64,000 bases of DNA from Myxococcota bacterium (GTDB lineage: Bacteria; Myxococcota_C; UBA6777). The stretch's first letter is position 1. The number at the start of each line of letters is the position of its first letter. Positions 18,988-28,992 of this stretch are shown here, in pieces. Location: the NCBI GenBank assembly GCA_023150835.1, contig JAKLKB010000002.1:62001-126000 (forward strand). The letters are read 5' to 3'. Both the position numbers and the translations under genes were made by a program. A model generated the notes under the pieces. The model saw only the letters and a list, made by a program, of their open reading frames with translations. It was not told the DNA's origin and searched no databases.

Positions 18988-21033
18988 TCACCACCACACG
19001 TTGGGGGGATGATCTTCTTGTTCCCAAAAGGTCAACAAAGGGACGTCATCAAGATAGATCCCGTAAACAGGGGTTCGCGCTCCCAACACGCTCAGCGCGT
19101 GGTAATGTTGGTTGCGCAGCCACTTTTGGTGGATGAAGGCGATGTAACGGGTGGGTGGATGAGCGCTCCACGTCGCACGGATACGCCCATCCATCAAGCC
19201 ATCCTGTAGGTACATGCGATATGAGTCATAATTCGTATCATGAAAATGCACCCACACAGGAGCGCGATCCTGTGCAGGCGCATTTGGACTCGAACGCAAA
19301 GATCGATTCATCCAAGGCAACGCATCCCGCATCGTCGTGGCCCAAAAAGCCCGCTGGATCTTCCAGTTGGCACTGCCACGCGGACCTCCCACAAGGGTGT
19401 TGTAATAGGCCAGCCCGTGCGGATGAGAACGCCAAAGGCCGATCAGCGCAGGGCTGAGAAACAAACAGGCCAATGCGATCGCAGAAACCCGATACACCCG
19501 CACACTTTGAATCGACCACATCGTCCCCCACGAAGACACGATCCGCTCAAAGGCCACCCCTCCCATCAGCGCCAAAAACGGCCACGCAGGCATCCAATGT
19601 TTGGTCCCACCAAAGATCGGCGTCGAAGGCAAGGCGATCACTGCGATCGGGATCAAAGCATTCAACAGCCAAAAAAAGCCCGTCTTGTCCGCTGGACCCA
19701 CAGGGCGCGGTTGATACTCACGCACACGTTCTTCTCGCTGCTCCACAAACCAACGCTGAAGATCCTGCCAGATATCCGCCAAACCCCGCTGCAAAAGCAT
19801 CGTCCCTTGGTGAACACGCTCGCCGCGCTGCCCAAAAAACACCGAACCCACCGAACCCACCAACCACAACACCACAAACGCGATCCCACCCAACACAAAC
19901 GGCACCAAACTCGCGACCATCAACACCAACAACAACAATGGCCGCACCAAACCGAACAAAGCACGCAAAAACACCACCACCCACCACAACAGATGCGTAC
20001 CCATCCGCTGCTGCCTCAACAAGATCCACACTCCCCCCAACATCAACACCATCGTCGCAACAGGAAACGTCACCAACGTCATCACAAACGGAAAGTGCCA
20101 AGGGAAGGGCGGTTCCATGTGCAAGATGCCAAAATAATAAGCGTCATAATGCACATGCGCCAAGTGAAACACCACATACTCTCGCAGCCAGAAAAAAGTG
20201 ACGTTTCTCCACGACGCGATACTCAGCGGATTATCCGGCCACAACAACGGCCACAACCCCACCAACACGATCGGAGACAACACCAACGTCCATGTCACCG
20301 CACTCGGCAAGGGCTGAAAACGCACTTGGTACGCACCACCCGGCAAGATCTTCAACCGAAACTGGTTCCAGTACTGCGCCAACCAATACAAACCCAACGG
20401 CGCGGGCAAGATCCAAGCATTGTGCTTCGTCGCCAACGCCAATCCCGCAAACACACCACACCAAAACCCCCATCCCGGCTGACGCAAACTCTTCCAAAAC
20501 GCATAACACACCAACAACCACAACGCACTAACCGGCACATCAAACGCCGCAAGATGCGCATGAAAGAAAAAGCGCGGAAGCAACATCAGCGAAAAGGCCG
20601 CAAACAACCCCACCCGCCGATTCCACACCTCCACCCCCCACAAGTACACCAACAAGATCATCAACGCCGCCCAACACATCCCGGGAAACCGATACGCCGT
20701 CGCGTTGGACATCCACTTCAACGTATCCGCAAACAACCACCACGACGCACCCATCAAAAGCTTGGCCAACGGTGGATGCTCGTTGTTGTAACGCCAATAA
20801 TGCTCGATGCGTTGGCGCTGCAAGGATCGCAGCTCACGGCGATGACGCACCTCCCCCACCAGCTCCTTCACCCAACTGATGTAGCTGTGCCCCGCCACAA
20901 AATAATACCCCTCATCTCGGGCATAACCCATCTGCGTTGTGCTCAACAAAAACAACAAATAGCCGATCGCTAACGCCCATCCTATCGGGATATCCAATGC
21001 GGGTCGATACACTCGACCATAATTTTCTGCCAT
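18988..21033 (-). CDS. Glycosyltransferase family 39 / ArnT-PMT-like membrane protein
   Basis: RDEGYY, NEHPPLAKL, HAHLAAFDVP and GLALATKHNA motifs, many TMs. Confidence 0.8.
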   Translation of the reverse strand: MAENYGRVYRPALDIPIGWALAIGYLLFLLSTTQMGYARDEGYYFVAGHSYISWVKELVGEVRHRRELRSLQRQRIEHYWRYNNEHPPLAKLLMGASWWLFADTLKWMSNATAYRFPGMCWAALMILLVYLWGVEVWNRRVGLFAAFSLMLLPRFFFHAHLAAFDVPVSALWLLVCYAFWKSLRQPGWGFWCGVFAGLALATKHNAWILPAPLGLYWLAQYWNQFRLKILPGGAYQVRFQPLPSAVTWTLVLSPIVLVGLWPLLWPDNPLSIASWRNVTFFWLREYVVFHLAHVHYDAYYFGILHMEPPFPWHFPFVMTLVTFPVATMVLMLGGVWILLRQQRMGTHLLWWVVVFLRALFGLVRPLLLLVLMVASLVPFVLGGIAFVVLWLVGSVGSVFFGQRGERVHQGTMLLQRGLADIWQDLQRWFVEQREERVREYQPRPVGPADKTGFFWLLNALIPIAVIALPSTPIFGGTKHWMPAWPFLALMGGVAFERIVSSWGTMWSIQSVRVYRVSAIALACLFLSPALIGLWRSHPHGLAYYNTLVGGPRGSANWKIQRAFWATTMRDALPWMNRSLRSSPNAPAQDRAPVWVHFHDTNYDSYRMYLQDGLMDGRIRATWSAHPPTRYIAFIHQKWLRNQHYHALSVLGARTPVYGIYLDDVPLLTFWEQEDHPPNVWW

Positions 21034-21293
21034 CTCGCCTCGCTCCGTTCTCCGTCTCGCCAACTGATCTGCACCACAGATCCCGACCACCTTTTCCTCA
21101 AGCAGCTTCTGTCTCCATGCGTGCGGTGGGGCATCGTTATAACACAAATCTCCCCACGCGATACAACGATGCAATCCTCCTGCGCACACAACCTCCACAC
21201 ACCCTTTTCTTGGTTCCAAGCCTCTTTTTGTGGTATCCTGCCGCTCTCTCGCTGCCCCTCATCGGGGATTCCCCAGAGAGTACGAGGACTTGG

Positions 21294-22499
21294 ATGGCTA
21301 TTCAGACGCACTTCAAACAATACGAGATCGTCGACAAGATCGGCGACGGGGGCATGGCAGAAGTCTTGCTCGGTCGCTCGGTCGGTCCCCAAGGCTTCCA
21401 GCAAAAAGTTGCGATCAAACGCTTGCACCCTCACATCGCCCGCAATCGCAACAACGTCAAGATGTTCATCCACGAAGCCCGTCTCATCGCTCGCCTACAA
21501 CACCCCAACATCGTCCGCATCTTCGACTTCGGCGAAACCGAAGAAACCTATTACATCGTCATGGAGTACGTCGATGGCCTCAGCCTCACCGATCTACTCC
21601 AGCGCAGCGCGATCTCACAAATCCCTCTTCCCCTTCCCATCGGCGTTTACATCATCAGCGAGATCCTCGAAGGACTCCAACACGCCCACACCGCCAACGA
21701 TGCCGACGGACAACCCCTTCACCTCGTTCACCGCGATCTCAGCCCCGACAACATCCTTCTCAGCCGCGAAGGCGAAGTCAAACTCTCTGACTTTGGTATC
21801 GCCAAAAGTCGCATCCAAGAACACCAAACCCAAACGGGCATGACCAAAGGCAAGATCCTTTATATGTCGCCCGAACAGTGCTATGGGCGCGAACTCGACC
21901 ACCGCTCCGATATCTTTTCGATGGGCAACTTGCTTTTCGAGGTCTGCACCCTTGAACGCCTCTTTATGAGCAAAGATATCGCCTCCGTCGCCATGGCGAT
22001 CTGTCACGGTCCCATCAAATCCCCCTCCTCCATACGCGCAGGCTTTCCCATCGAACTCGAAGCCATCATCCTCAAAGCCCTCGAAAGACCGCTTGAATCA
22101 CGCTTTCAATCCGCCAAAGAGATGGTTCGTGCGATCAAACAATTCATGCAAAGCCACGAATACTACGTCTCTCGCGACGATATCAAAGCCTTCATCGAGC
22201 TGTTGCTCTTTGAAGGCACCATCGCCGAACAACAGATCGCCTCCCTTGATCTCCCTCACTCAGGCCCCATGAACGCCCCCCTCCCCTCCGTTTCTCAAAA
22301 TATCCGTATCCAAACTCCCCCACGCCCCGCCAATTATATCCCCCTGACCCCTCTTCCTTTTCATGTTCGCCTCCGCCCTTCCAATCCTCCTCCCGCTCAA
22401 ACCTCACCACCCCCACGCGCCCTCTACCTCGCACTTTTGTGTATGTTCCTTGTGACATTCTCCGGATTTACCGTCCTTTGGCTGCTCTTGTTAGTTTAA
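21294..22499 (+). CDS. Hanks-type Ser/Thr protein kinase with C-terminal TM anchor
   Basis: IGDGGMAEV, VAIK, HRDLSPDN, DFG and YMSPEQ motifs; Pro-rich linker; terminal hydrophobic helix. Confidence 0.95.
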   Translation: MAIQTHFKQYEIVDKIGDGGMAEVLLGRSVGPQGFQQKVAIKRLHPHIARNRNNVKMFIHEARLIARLQHPNIVRIFDFGETEETYYIVMEYVDGLSLTDLLQRSAISQIPLPLPIGVYIISEILEGLQHAHTANDADGQPLHLVHRDLSPDNILLSREGEVKLSDFGIAKSRIQEHQTQTGMTKGKILYMSPEQCYGRELDHRSDIFSMGNLLFEVCTLERLFMSKDIASVAMAICHGPIKSPSSIRAGFPIELEAIILKALERPLESRFQSAKEMVRAIKQFMQSHEYYVSRDDIKAFIELLLFEGTIAEQQIASLDLPHSGPMNAPLPSVSQNIRIQTPPRPANYIPLTPLPFHVRLRPSNPPPAQTSPPPRALYLALLCMFLVTFSGFTVLWLLLLV

Positions 22500-22576
22500 A
22501 TCCCCTCCCCCCCGCTCTCCGCCGCTCACCCTTCTCTTCCATTTCGCATAGAACCGACACCTCACGTCACACACAA

Positions 22577-22688
22577 TACGAAATCCGAGTGATGTGTACA
22601 CAAAGAGGAGTACGTAGACGCCCGATTGTTGGGCAGCCACACCTGTCTGCCCCTACGTTTTGCGATCACACTGTGGGCGGATCTCGTA
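22577..22688 (-). mobile_element. ~110-bp MITE/REP-like element, family 1, copy B
   Basis: Terminal inverted repeats TACGAAATCCG and CGGATCTCGTA with internal gggcag...ctgcccctac; lies between convergent genes. Confidence 0.85.
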
Positions 22689-22697
22689 TAACGCCAC

Positions 22698-23708
22698 CTA
22701 ACGACGACGTCTACGAGGTTTCTTTTTCTTCTTTTTTTTCTTTTTTTTCTTGTCTTTCTCTTCTTTTTGTGCGATGTCGTCAGATTCTTTCTTTGCTTTT
22801 CTCGCTGCGTCTTCTTTGAACACAAGCTCGATCTTGTTCACAAAAAGCTTTGCTTGTTCGTGTCCGCTGTCGATCTTGAGAACTTCCAAAAACCGCTCCT
22901 TGGCTTTGTCATAAGCTTTGGCCTCGAACAATTGTTGTCCCATCTCAAGCGGAGAAGCCACCCGCACCTGTTGTTCGAGGCGTTGAAGCAATTTCTCCAG
23001 TTTTTTCGCGCTATCCGTAAAACGCCGCGCTTCTTTGAGCGCATCCAAGGAGTCCAGATACATCTTTTCTTGATAGTAGGCTCTCGCGATCTGGTAGTAA
23101 CGCAAGACTTTGTCGATCTCGGGGGGACTGAATTCTTGGGGAATCAGTTCTTGAAGGCGTTGTTTGGTTTCTTCGGTCTCTGCGCGTTTAATGCGCGGAT
23201 AAAACACAAAAAAGATCACCAATTGGATCGCCAGCAGCAAGCCCGCCAACCCAAAGATCCAACGCGCAAGGCGCGCCATCGGATCCACGGCAGGCATCAC
23301 CCCCGAGCGCAACAACGCATCCGATGCCGCCGGCATCCCTCCGCTACCCAAACTCGTCTCATGCAAGATCTTCTCGGATAGCAACAAGTACATCGTCCGA
23401 AACTCCGGTCGATTCGGCTGATTCTGTAAAAGATTCGCCAGCCAACGCTGCGCCGCCTCATATTTCTTTTCGTGGTACAGACGCAAGACGGTTCCAAAAT
23501 CCTCCGAAGCCTCGTTTGGATTGATCCCCCACGCCAACAATTCTTGGATCGTTCCCTGATAACTCAACGCGATCAGATTTCCCGGTTCTTCGCGCAAGAT
23601 CGACTCAAATAGCTGCATACTTTCACGCAAGGTTCCCTGCAAAAAGTTGCGAATCGCTTCTTCTTCTCGGGTATTTGGCGGGCGATTTAATGAAACGGTT
23701 TCGCTCAT
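22698..23708 (-). CDS. TPR-containing single-pass membrane protein with a basic C-terminal tail
   Basis: TPR-like helices (GQQLFEAKAYDKAKERFLEVLKIDSGH), central TM, poly-K/R C-terminus. Confidence 0.75.
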   Translation of the reverse strand: MSETVSLNRPPNTREEEAIRNFLQGTLRESMQLFESILREEPGNLIALSYQGTIQELLAWGINPNEASEDFGTVLRLYHEKKYEAAQRWLANLLQNQPNRPEFRTMYLLLSEKILHETSLGSGGMPAASDALLRSGVMPAVDPMARLARWIFGLAGLLLAIQLVIFFVFYPRIKRAETEETKQRLQELIPQEFSPPEIDKVLRYYQIARAYYQEKMYLDSLDALKEARRFTDSAKKLEKLLQRLEQQVRVASPLEMGQQLFEAKAYDKAKERFLEVLKIDSGHEQAKLFVNKIELVFKEDAARKAKKESDDIAQKEEKDKKKKKKKKKKKPRRRRR

Positions 23709-24110
23709 TTTGATCTTTTCCTATGACCCTTCTGGAGATACACAACTCCAACACGACAAAAACATCCACGCACAAACACCGCATACAACACAACGGCCCA
23801 ACAGCACAAAAACCTTTGACTCGCACTCTCTCTTTGACCAAAAACCTTCTGCTCAGGCCCCACTCAAACACGCGCAAGAACGCACCCTCATAACACAAAA
23901 CACTTGCGGTATCTATGCTCGACTGTTTTGCCTTTTCCAAATCGCCCGTCCTTTCGAATCTTCCAACGTCATGCCCCACCAGCAAAAGATCTTCTTGCGT
24001 TGAGCGGTGCGTGGTGGCATCTTGACTTGCGCAAAAGCCAAGTGAAACCGTTCACCTCCCCCACACCAGAATCACTCGGCTTTGTACGTAGCATGGAGGC
24101 ACGTTGCGTT

Positions 24111-24818
24111 ATGGCTCTCGGAGTCACCCCACACAACCAAAGCGCAGCACAAAGCGTTCTTGAACGACTCGATAAGCTGATCTTGGATCACTCGATCTTG
24201 CAACACCCCTTTTATCAAGCCCTATGCGCGGGCGAGCTGCAACCCGAAGATCTCGCGATCTACGCTTGGGCTTATTATCCCCACGTCGAAGCTTTCCCTC
24301 GCTATCTTGAAGCCGCGATGGCCGTCAACCACGATCCGCAGATCCACGCCATCTTGCTCGAAAACTGGCAAGAAGAATGCGGCCCACCCACCCCTCACCC
24401 CGAACTCTGGCTGCGCTTTGCTGCCGGCCTTGGCATCGACCGCCAAGAAGTCCTTCACGCTCACCCTCTCCCCGAAGTGCGCACCGCCATCCGCACTTTT
24501 TCCCAACTCTGCCAACAAAGCCCTCTCTCCGCACTCTGCACCCTCTACGCTTACGAAAGCCAACAGCCCGAGATCTGTCGCGCAAAACTCCAAAGCCTCC
24601 GTGACTTTTACCTGATCCACGATCCCCAAACCCTCGCTTACTTCACCCTCCACGAAGAAGCCGATCTCCGCCACCGACTCGACACTCGCGCCGCTCTTTG
24701 CCGATGCGTCTCCCAAGGACAACAACCCTGCGTGCTCTTTGAAAGCACACAAAACGCACTCGACGCCCATTGGCATCTCCTCGATGGCATCTGCCGACAA
24801 GCCGGCCTCCCCTGCTAA
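24111..24818 (+). CDS. CADD-like heme-oxygenase-fold dimetal oxidase (PqqC/TenA superfamily)
   Basis: HSILQHPFY, YYPHVEAFPRYL, EE...PHPELW, LYAYESQQP...K and YFTLHEEADLRH follow the CADD metal-ligand pattern; GGAGG RBS. Confidence 0.85.
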   Translation: MALGVTPHNQSAAQSVLERLDKLILDHSILQHPFYQALCAGELQPEDLAIYAWAYYPHVEAFPRYLEAAMAVNHDPQIHAILLENWQEECGPPTPHPELWLRFAAGLGIDRQEVLHAHPLPEVRTAIRTFSQLCQQSPLSALCTLYAYESQQPEICRAKLQSLRDFYLIHDPQTLAYFTLHEEADLRHRLDTRAALCRCVSQGQQPCVLFESTQNALDAHWHLLDGICRQAGLPC

Positions 24819-25049
24819 AGCCTTCGCTAGAACACGTTGTAGAACACGTTCTGTTTTGCATGGGCATCTGCTTGAAATTCAAAGAAAACAAATATAAGAT
24901 CTTGATTTTGCGAAACAAATTACATATCTTGCCGAACATTCTACAAACTAGAAACAACGTCTTCGGTCGAGAACTGTTGCCCTTCTCACCTTGACGCCAC
25001 TTCTTCTCCCTAAAAAGACCGACGGTTCGCCGTTTCAGAGGAGCCAACC

Positions 25050-27422
25050 ATGAAAGCCGATAACAAACGCCCCACCATCCCGCCCCCTCAAGTCGCCCCT
25101 TCTCGCCCCACCAACAACGCCCCCATCCAAACCACCCAAACCTCTGCGGCCCAAACCTCTACAGCCCAAATCGCCCCAACCTCGGTCAATACCGAAAACC
25201 TCGCCCAAGCACGCAACACCCTCAACAACGGCCTTGAACCTGCGGCTCCCCGCGCAGGCGTCACGCGCAACGTCCCTGCTTTCAACGCAGAAGCCGCCGA
25301 TACCACCACCACCAACGCTGCCCGCAGCGTCCCTCGCGCCACCGCAGCCGAAACCGCAGCTCCTGCGATCACCCGCGATCAAGCCATCGATCGTTTGATC
25401 GATTACACCGCTCGCAACGAAGGCGGCGGTCGCTACGACGCTTGGAACCCCAACGATAACGGACATGGCGTATCCTTCGGCCTAATCCAATTCAATCAAA
25501 AATCGGGTTCTCTCCCCACCTTGATGAACCGTATGCACCAAGCCGATCCCGAAAAATTCAACCAGATCTTCGGACCCCATGCCGACAATATGCGCAACCC
25601 CGATTGGGTTCGTAACGCCGATCTCAACAACCCCGATATCAAAGCCCGTATGCAACAAGCTGGACGCGATCCCGACTTCCAAAAAGTCCAACGCGATCTC
25701 GCTCGCGAAGGCTATTTTGAACCCACCAACCGACTCGCCGATCAATACGGCATCCAATCCGAACGCGGACGCGCTATGCTCTTTGATACCGCCGTTCAAT
25801 ACGGACTCGGTAGCGCCGCCCGCAACAACGGCCTCACGGGTATGCTCCAACGCGCTCGCCAAGAAGTCGGACCCAACGCCTCCGAACGCGAACTCCTCTC
25901 CGCACTCGCCAACCAAGCCGATACACACGGCTACGACGCCAACCGACGCCACCACATCCTCAACGATCCCAATCTTTCCGACGCTCCCCTCGGACAAACC
26001 AGCAATCTCCCCTCAAACCCCGGCCCCACACCCCCCAACGGAAACAACAACCAAGACGCCCTCCACAACGTCCTGCGCGAACATCCCAACCTCCGCACCA
26101 ACCAAGACATGATCAACCACGCCTACCAACAGGGCGGCGGTAGCTACGATGGAGCCGCCAATTACGTCCGTGGCCTCGGCCTCGATATGAACGATCTCGT
26201 CCGCAACCGTAGCGGCGCTCTTCCCCAACCTCCCGCTCCTTCACAACCTGCTCCCGCTCCTTCACAACCTGCTCCCGCTCCTTCACAACCTGCTCCCGCT
26301 CCTTCGCAGCCTGCGCCTGCTCCTTCGCAACCCGCACCTGCTCCCGCTCCCGCCGAGCCTCCGACAGGTGCGTCAGAAAGCCCACTCCACCGCGTCCTGC
26401 GCGAACATCCCAACCTCCGCACCAACCAAGACATGATCAACCACGCCTACCAACAAGGCGGAAACACCTACGAAGGCGCTGCCAACTACACACGCGGCCT
26501 TGGCCTCGATATGAACAACCTTGTTCGCGATCGCAACGCCGCTCTCCCTCGCCCTTCTGCACAGCCCAATGCTCCGACACAACCCACTCCCCCCACACAA
26601 CCCACACAACCCACACCTCCCCAAAGCCCGCTCCAACAACTCGCCAACCAACACGGTCTGCGCACCAACCAAGACCTGATCAACCACTTCTACCGACAAG
26701 GCGGAAACACCTACGAAGGCGCACAAAACGCTGCTCGTCCCTACGGTGTCGATCTCAATCAACTCACCCGCAACCGCAACGCACCGATCAATCCGAACAC
26801 ACCCGCCCCCAATACACCTGCGCCGAATACACCCACACCCAACACACCCGCGCCCAACACCACACCGACCCCGACGCGCATCACTTCGTACACCCAACCT
26901 TGGCGCCCCATCGATGCCCCCATCCAAAACCGCCCGGGTGAGCGCAACGCCAACACTTATGCCCATGTCATCGACCAATTCAACGTCGAAAGCAACCGCC
27001 GCTATCAGAAAAATCACCAAGGCCAAGGTGAAACCTACTGCAATATCTTTGCATGGGACGTCACCAAAGCGATGGGTGCCGAGATCCCCCACTGGGTCGA
27101 CGGCAACGGAAACCCCACGGGTCTCGGCCAAGGCCGCGAACTTAACGCCAACGCTGGACACGATTGGCTCGTCAATCACGGCCCACGCCACGGCTGGCGA
27201 CAAGTCAGCGCCGCTGAAGCCCAAGCTGCCGCCAACAACGGTCAACCCGCTGTCGCTTCGTGGAAAAACCCGGGTGGCATCGGACACATCGGCGTCGTCC
27301 GCCCGGGTGAGATGCGCAACGGTAGCCCCGCCGCCGCTCAAGCTGGTGGACGCAACTTTGAAGACGGCCATATCTCCGACGGTTTCGGACGCGCCCAACC
27401 CACCTACTTCATCCACGACTAA
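25050..27422 (+). CDS. Putative bifunctional peptidoglycan hydrolase: lysozyme-like domain, three ~50-aa repeats, NlpC/P60-CHAP-like domain
   Basis: NEGGGRYDAWN...GVSFGLIQFNQ...FDTAVQYG in the N-half; TYCNIF...GHIGVV Cys/His pair at the C-terminus; GAGGAG RBS. Confidence 0.7.
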   Translation: MKADNKRPTIPPPQVAPSRPTNNAPIQTTQTSAAQTSTAQIAPTSVNTENLAQARNTLNNGLEPAAPRAGVTRNVPAFNAEAADTTTTNAARSVPRATAAETAAPAITRDQAIDRLIDYTARNEGGGRYDAWNPNDNGHGVSFGLIQFNQKSGSLPTLMNRMHQADPEKFNQIFGPHADNMRNPDWVRNADLNNPDIKARMQQAGRDPDFQKVQRDLAREGYFEPTNRLADQYGIQSERGRAMLFDTAVQYGLGSAARNNGLTGMLQRARQEVGPNASERELLSALANQADTHGYDANRRHHILNDPNLSDAPLGQTSNLPSNPGPTPPNGNNNQDALHNVLREHPNLRTNQDMINHAYQQGGGSYDGAANYVRGLGLDMNDLVRNRSGALPQPPAPSQPAPAPSQPAPAPSQPAPAPSQPAPAPSQPAPAPAPAEPPTGASESPLHRVLREHPNLRTNQDMINHAYQQGGNTYEGAANYTRGLGLDMNNLVRDRNAALPRPSAQPNAPTQPTPPTQPTQPTPPQSPLQQLANQHGLRTNQDLINHFYRQGGNTYEGAQNAARPYGVDLNQLTRNRNAPINPNTPAPNTPAPNTPTPNTPAPNTTPTPTRITSYTQPWRPIDAPIQNRPGERNANTYAHVIDQFNVESNRRYQKNHQGQGETYCNIFAWDVTKAMGAEIPHWVDGNGNPTGLGQGRELNANAGHDWLVNHGPRHGWRQVSAAEAQAAANNGQPAVASWKNPGGIGHIGVVRPGEMRNGSPAAAQAGGRNFEDGHISDGFGRAQPTYFIHD
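26229..26352 (+). repeat. Coding tandem repeat, 21-bp unit encoding PAPSQPA
   Basis: cctgctcccgctccttcacaa repeated about five times. Confidence 0.9.
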
Positions 27423-27435
27423 ATCTTCCTCTTTT

Positions 27436-28701
27436 TTAGGAGAGTGAAGGTGCAAGCCATCGGCGGATCTGCTCGTATACATCGAGGCGATCGAGCAGAT
27501 CGAGGTGATGGATGCCTTGGCCGACCCACTGATGCTCGCTTGGAAACGCCAATGTTTTCGACGGATCGGGGTGTTTGCCCAGAGCGCTTTCGACAGGCAC
27601 CAAGCCATCCCCAAGATGCTTGGCGGCGAGATGTGCGCCGTCTTGTCCAAGCACACCTGCAAGCGCAAAACTCTCGACCCCCACAGGCAAAGGCACAGGC
27701 CGTCGACGATCCTCCGAAGTCTCGAAGCGATCTTGCCCCTCCCAATCTTCGCGCAAAAGATTCCCATGCCGCAGATCCGTCACACCCGCGCTACGAAGTT
27801 TTCCGAGCCGCGAAAACGGCGCAGCATAGGGGCTTTTCTCCAACAACCAGTCGATGTGGTTTCCGCCCCGCTCCAACGGTGATCCGTGATGAGGCGTCCC
27901 CAAAAAGACCCATCGCTTGAGGTGTTGCGGCCACGAATGACCCGCAAGCCTCGCGGCTTCATAGGCGCTGCGCGTCACAAGGCCCCCCATGCTGTAGCCC
28001 AAGATCACGATCTCTTCGATCTGTTCGGGCCATTGGGCCACCAGCGTCTCCAACAAGGCCGAAAAACGCTCACCATTGACAGAGGTGTGCAGGCCCGAAT
28101 TGTAGTGCAAAAAGATCGGGCACATCCGCAGTTCTTGTGCGAGCGCCAAGCCGTGATTGTGTCCGTTGCGCGTCCACAGCAGATCGTTCATGCACAGGCC
28201 ATGCACCAAGATCAATAGCTTTCCGCAGGTTTCGGGATAGGCTTGACGCAACGCTTCGGGGGTCAAGTCCAACGGCACACCCGCGAGGCGAAACTGCATC
28301 GGCAAAGCAAGCGGATTTTGCGTCGCTTCAAGATGATCGCCCACGACGCCATTGAGTACCGCAACCAACGCTTCGTGGTGTTCGGAAGTGCTTTGTAGCT
28401 CAAGCCAAGGGCCGAACGACTGCAACAGGCCATCCATACCGATCCCAACGACCTGTGCGATATCACGGATGCTTTGATACACAAGCCCAGTCAGACCTGT
28501 GGCCTTGCCTTTAAGCGGTTCTCCCCAAGGCAAGGGGATTTGCGTGATCGTGTGGTGCATGGCTTCCACCAAGGCCGTCACACCGACCGTTCCGTCGACA
28601 GCCAACCGACCAACCCCCAAGATATCAGAAACAAGGTTTCGGGGCGCTTTGTCCTTGGTTGTAGAGGTCGAATCATTGGGCTTTTTCGTGTCATTTGACA
28701 T
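27436..28701 (-). CDS. Alpha/beta hydrolase, PGAP1/lipase-like
   Basis: ILVHGLCM, GYSMGGL nucleophile elbow, LGTPHHGSPL, GDGLVPVESA and HLDLL. Confidence 0.85.
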   Translation of the reverse strand: MSNDTKKPNDSTSTTKDKAPRNLVSDILGVGRLAVDGTVGVTALVEAMHHTITQIPLPWGEPLKGKATGLTGLVYQSIRDIAQVVGIGMDGLLQSFGPWLELQSTSEHHEALVAVLNGVVGDHLEATQNPLALPMQFRLAGVPLDLTPEALRQAYPETCGKLLILVHGLCMNDLLWTRNGHNHGLALAQELRMCPIFLHYNSGLHTSVNGERFSALLETLVAQWPEQIEEIVILGYSMGGLVTRSAYEAARLAGHSWPQHLKRWVFLGTPHHGSPLERGGNHIDWLLEKSPYAAPFSRLGKLRSAGVTDLRHGNLLREDWEGQDRFETSEDRRRPVPLPVGVESFALAGVLGQDGAHLAAKHLGDGLVPVESALGKHPDPSKTLAFPSEHQWVGQGIHHLDLLDRLDVYEQIRRWLAPSLS

Positions 28702-28992
28702 ACAAGTGTTCCTCGGAGTGGCTTGTATCGGCGTCACGCGGTTGCTAAAAAAAGACGTGTTCGCGAACGCCCAAGCGACAGAGTCGTTCTCTTGAAAAAT
28801 CTGCGATCTCTTCGCCAACGCGGGGGCAAGGGAGCCGCGCTAAGGTTGTGAGGTGTGGGCTAAAACCCCACGAAACCATTCGGCTGCGTAAGTCCTAATA
28901 CATCCACACCAAAAAACAAGGAGATCAGCGGGCAAGGGAAACAATTTTTTCAAAGGGGCAAGAGACGCAAACCCAACAAAAGGAGTGTTCGA

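Noticed and set aside
19240-20973. 577-aa His/Gln/Arg-rich plus-strand ORF
   Set aside because: Antisense shadow of the GT39 gene, produced by its G/T-rich codons.
23904-24818. pqqC assignment and PQQ biosynthesis cluster
   Set aside because: No pqqA/B/D/E nearby, and the motifs fit CADD better than PqqC.
28842-28898. Possible third repeat remnant (gtgggctaaaaccccac...tgcgtaagtccta)
   Set aside because: Single short occurrence in the window; cannot be supported as a family.
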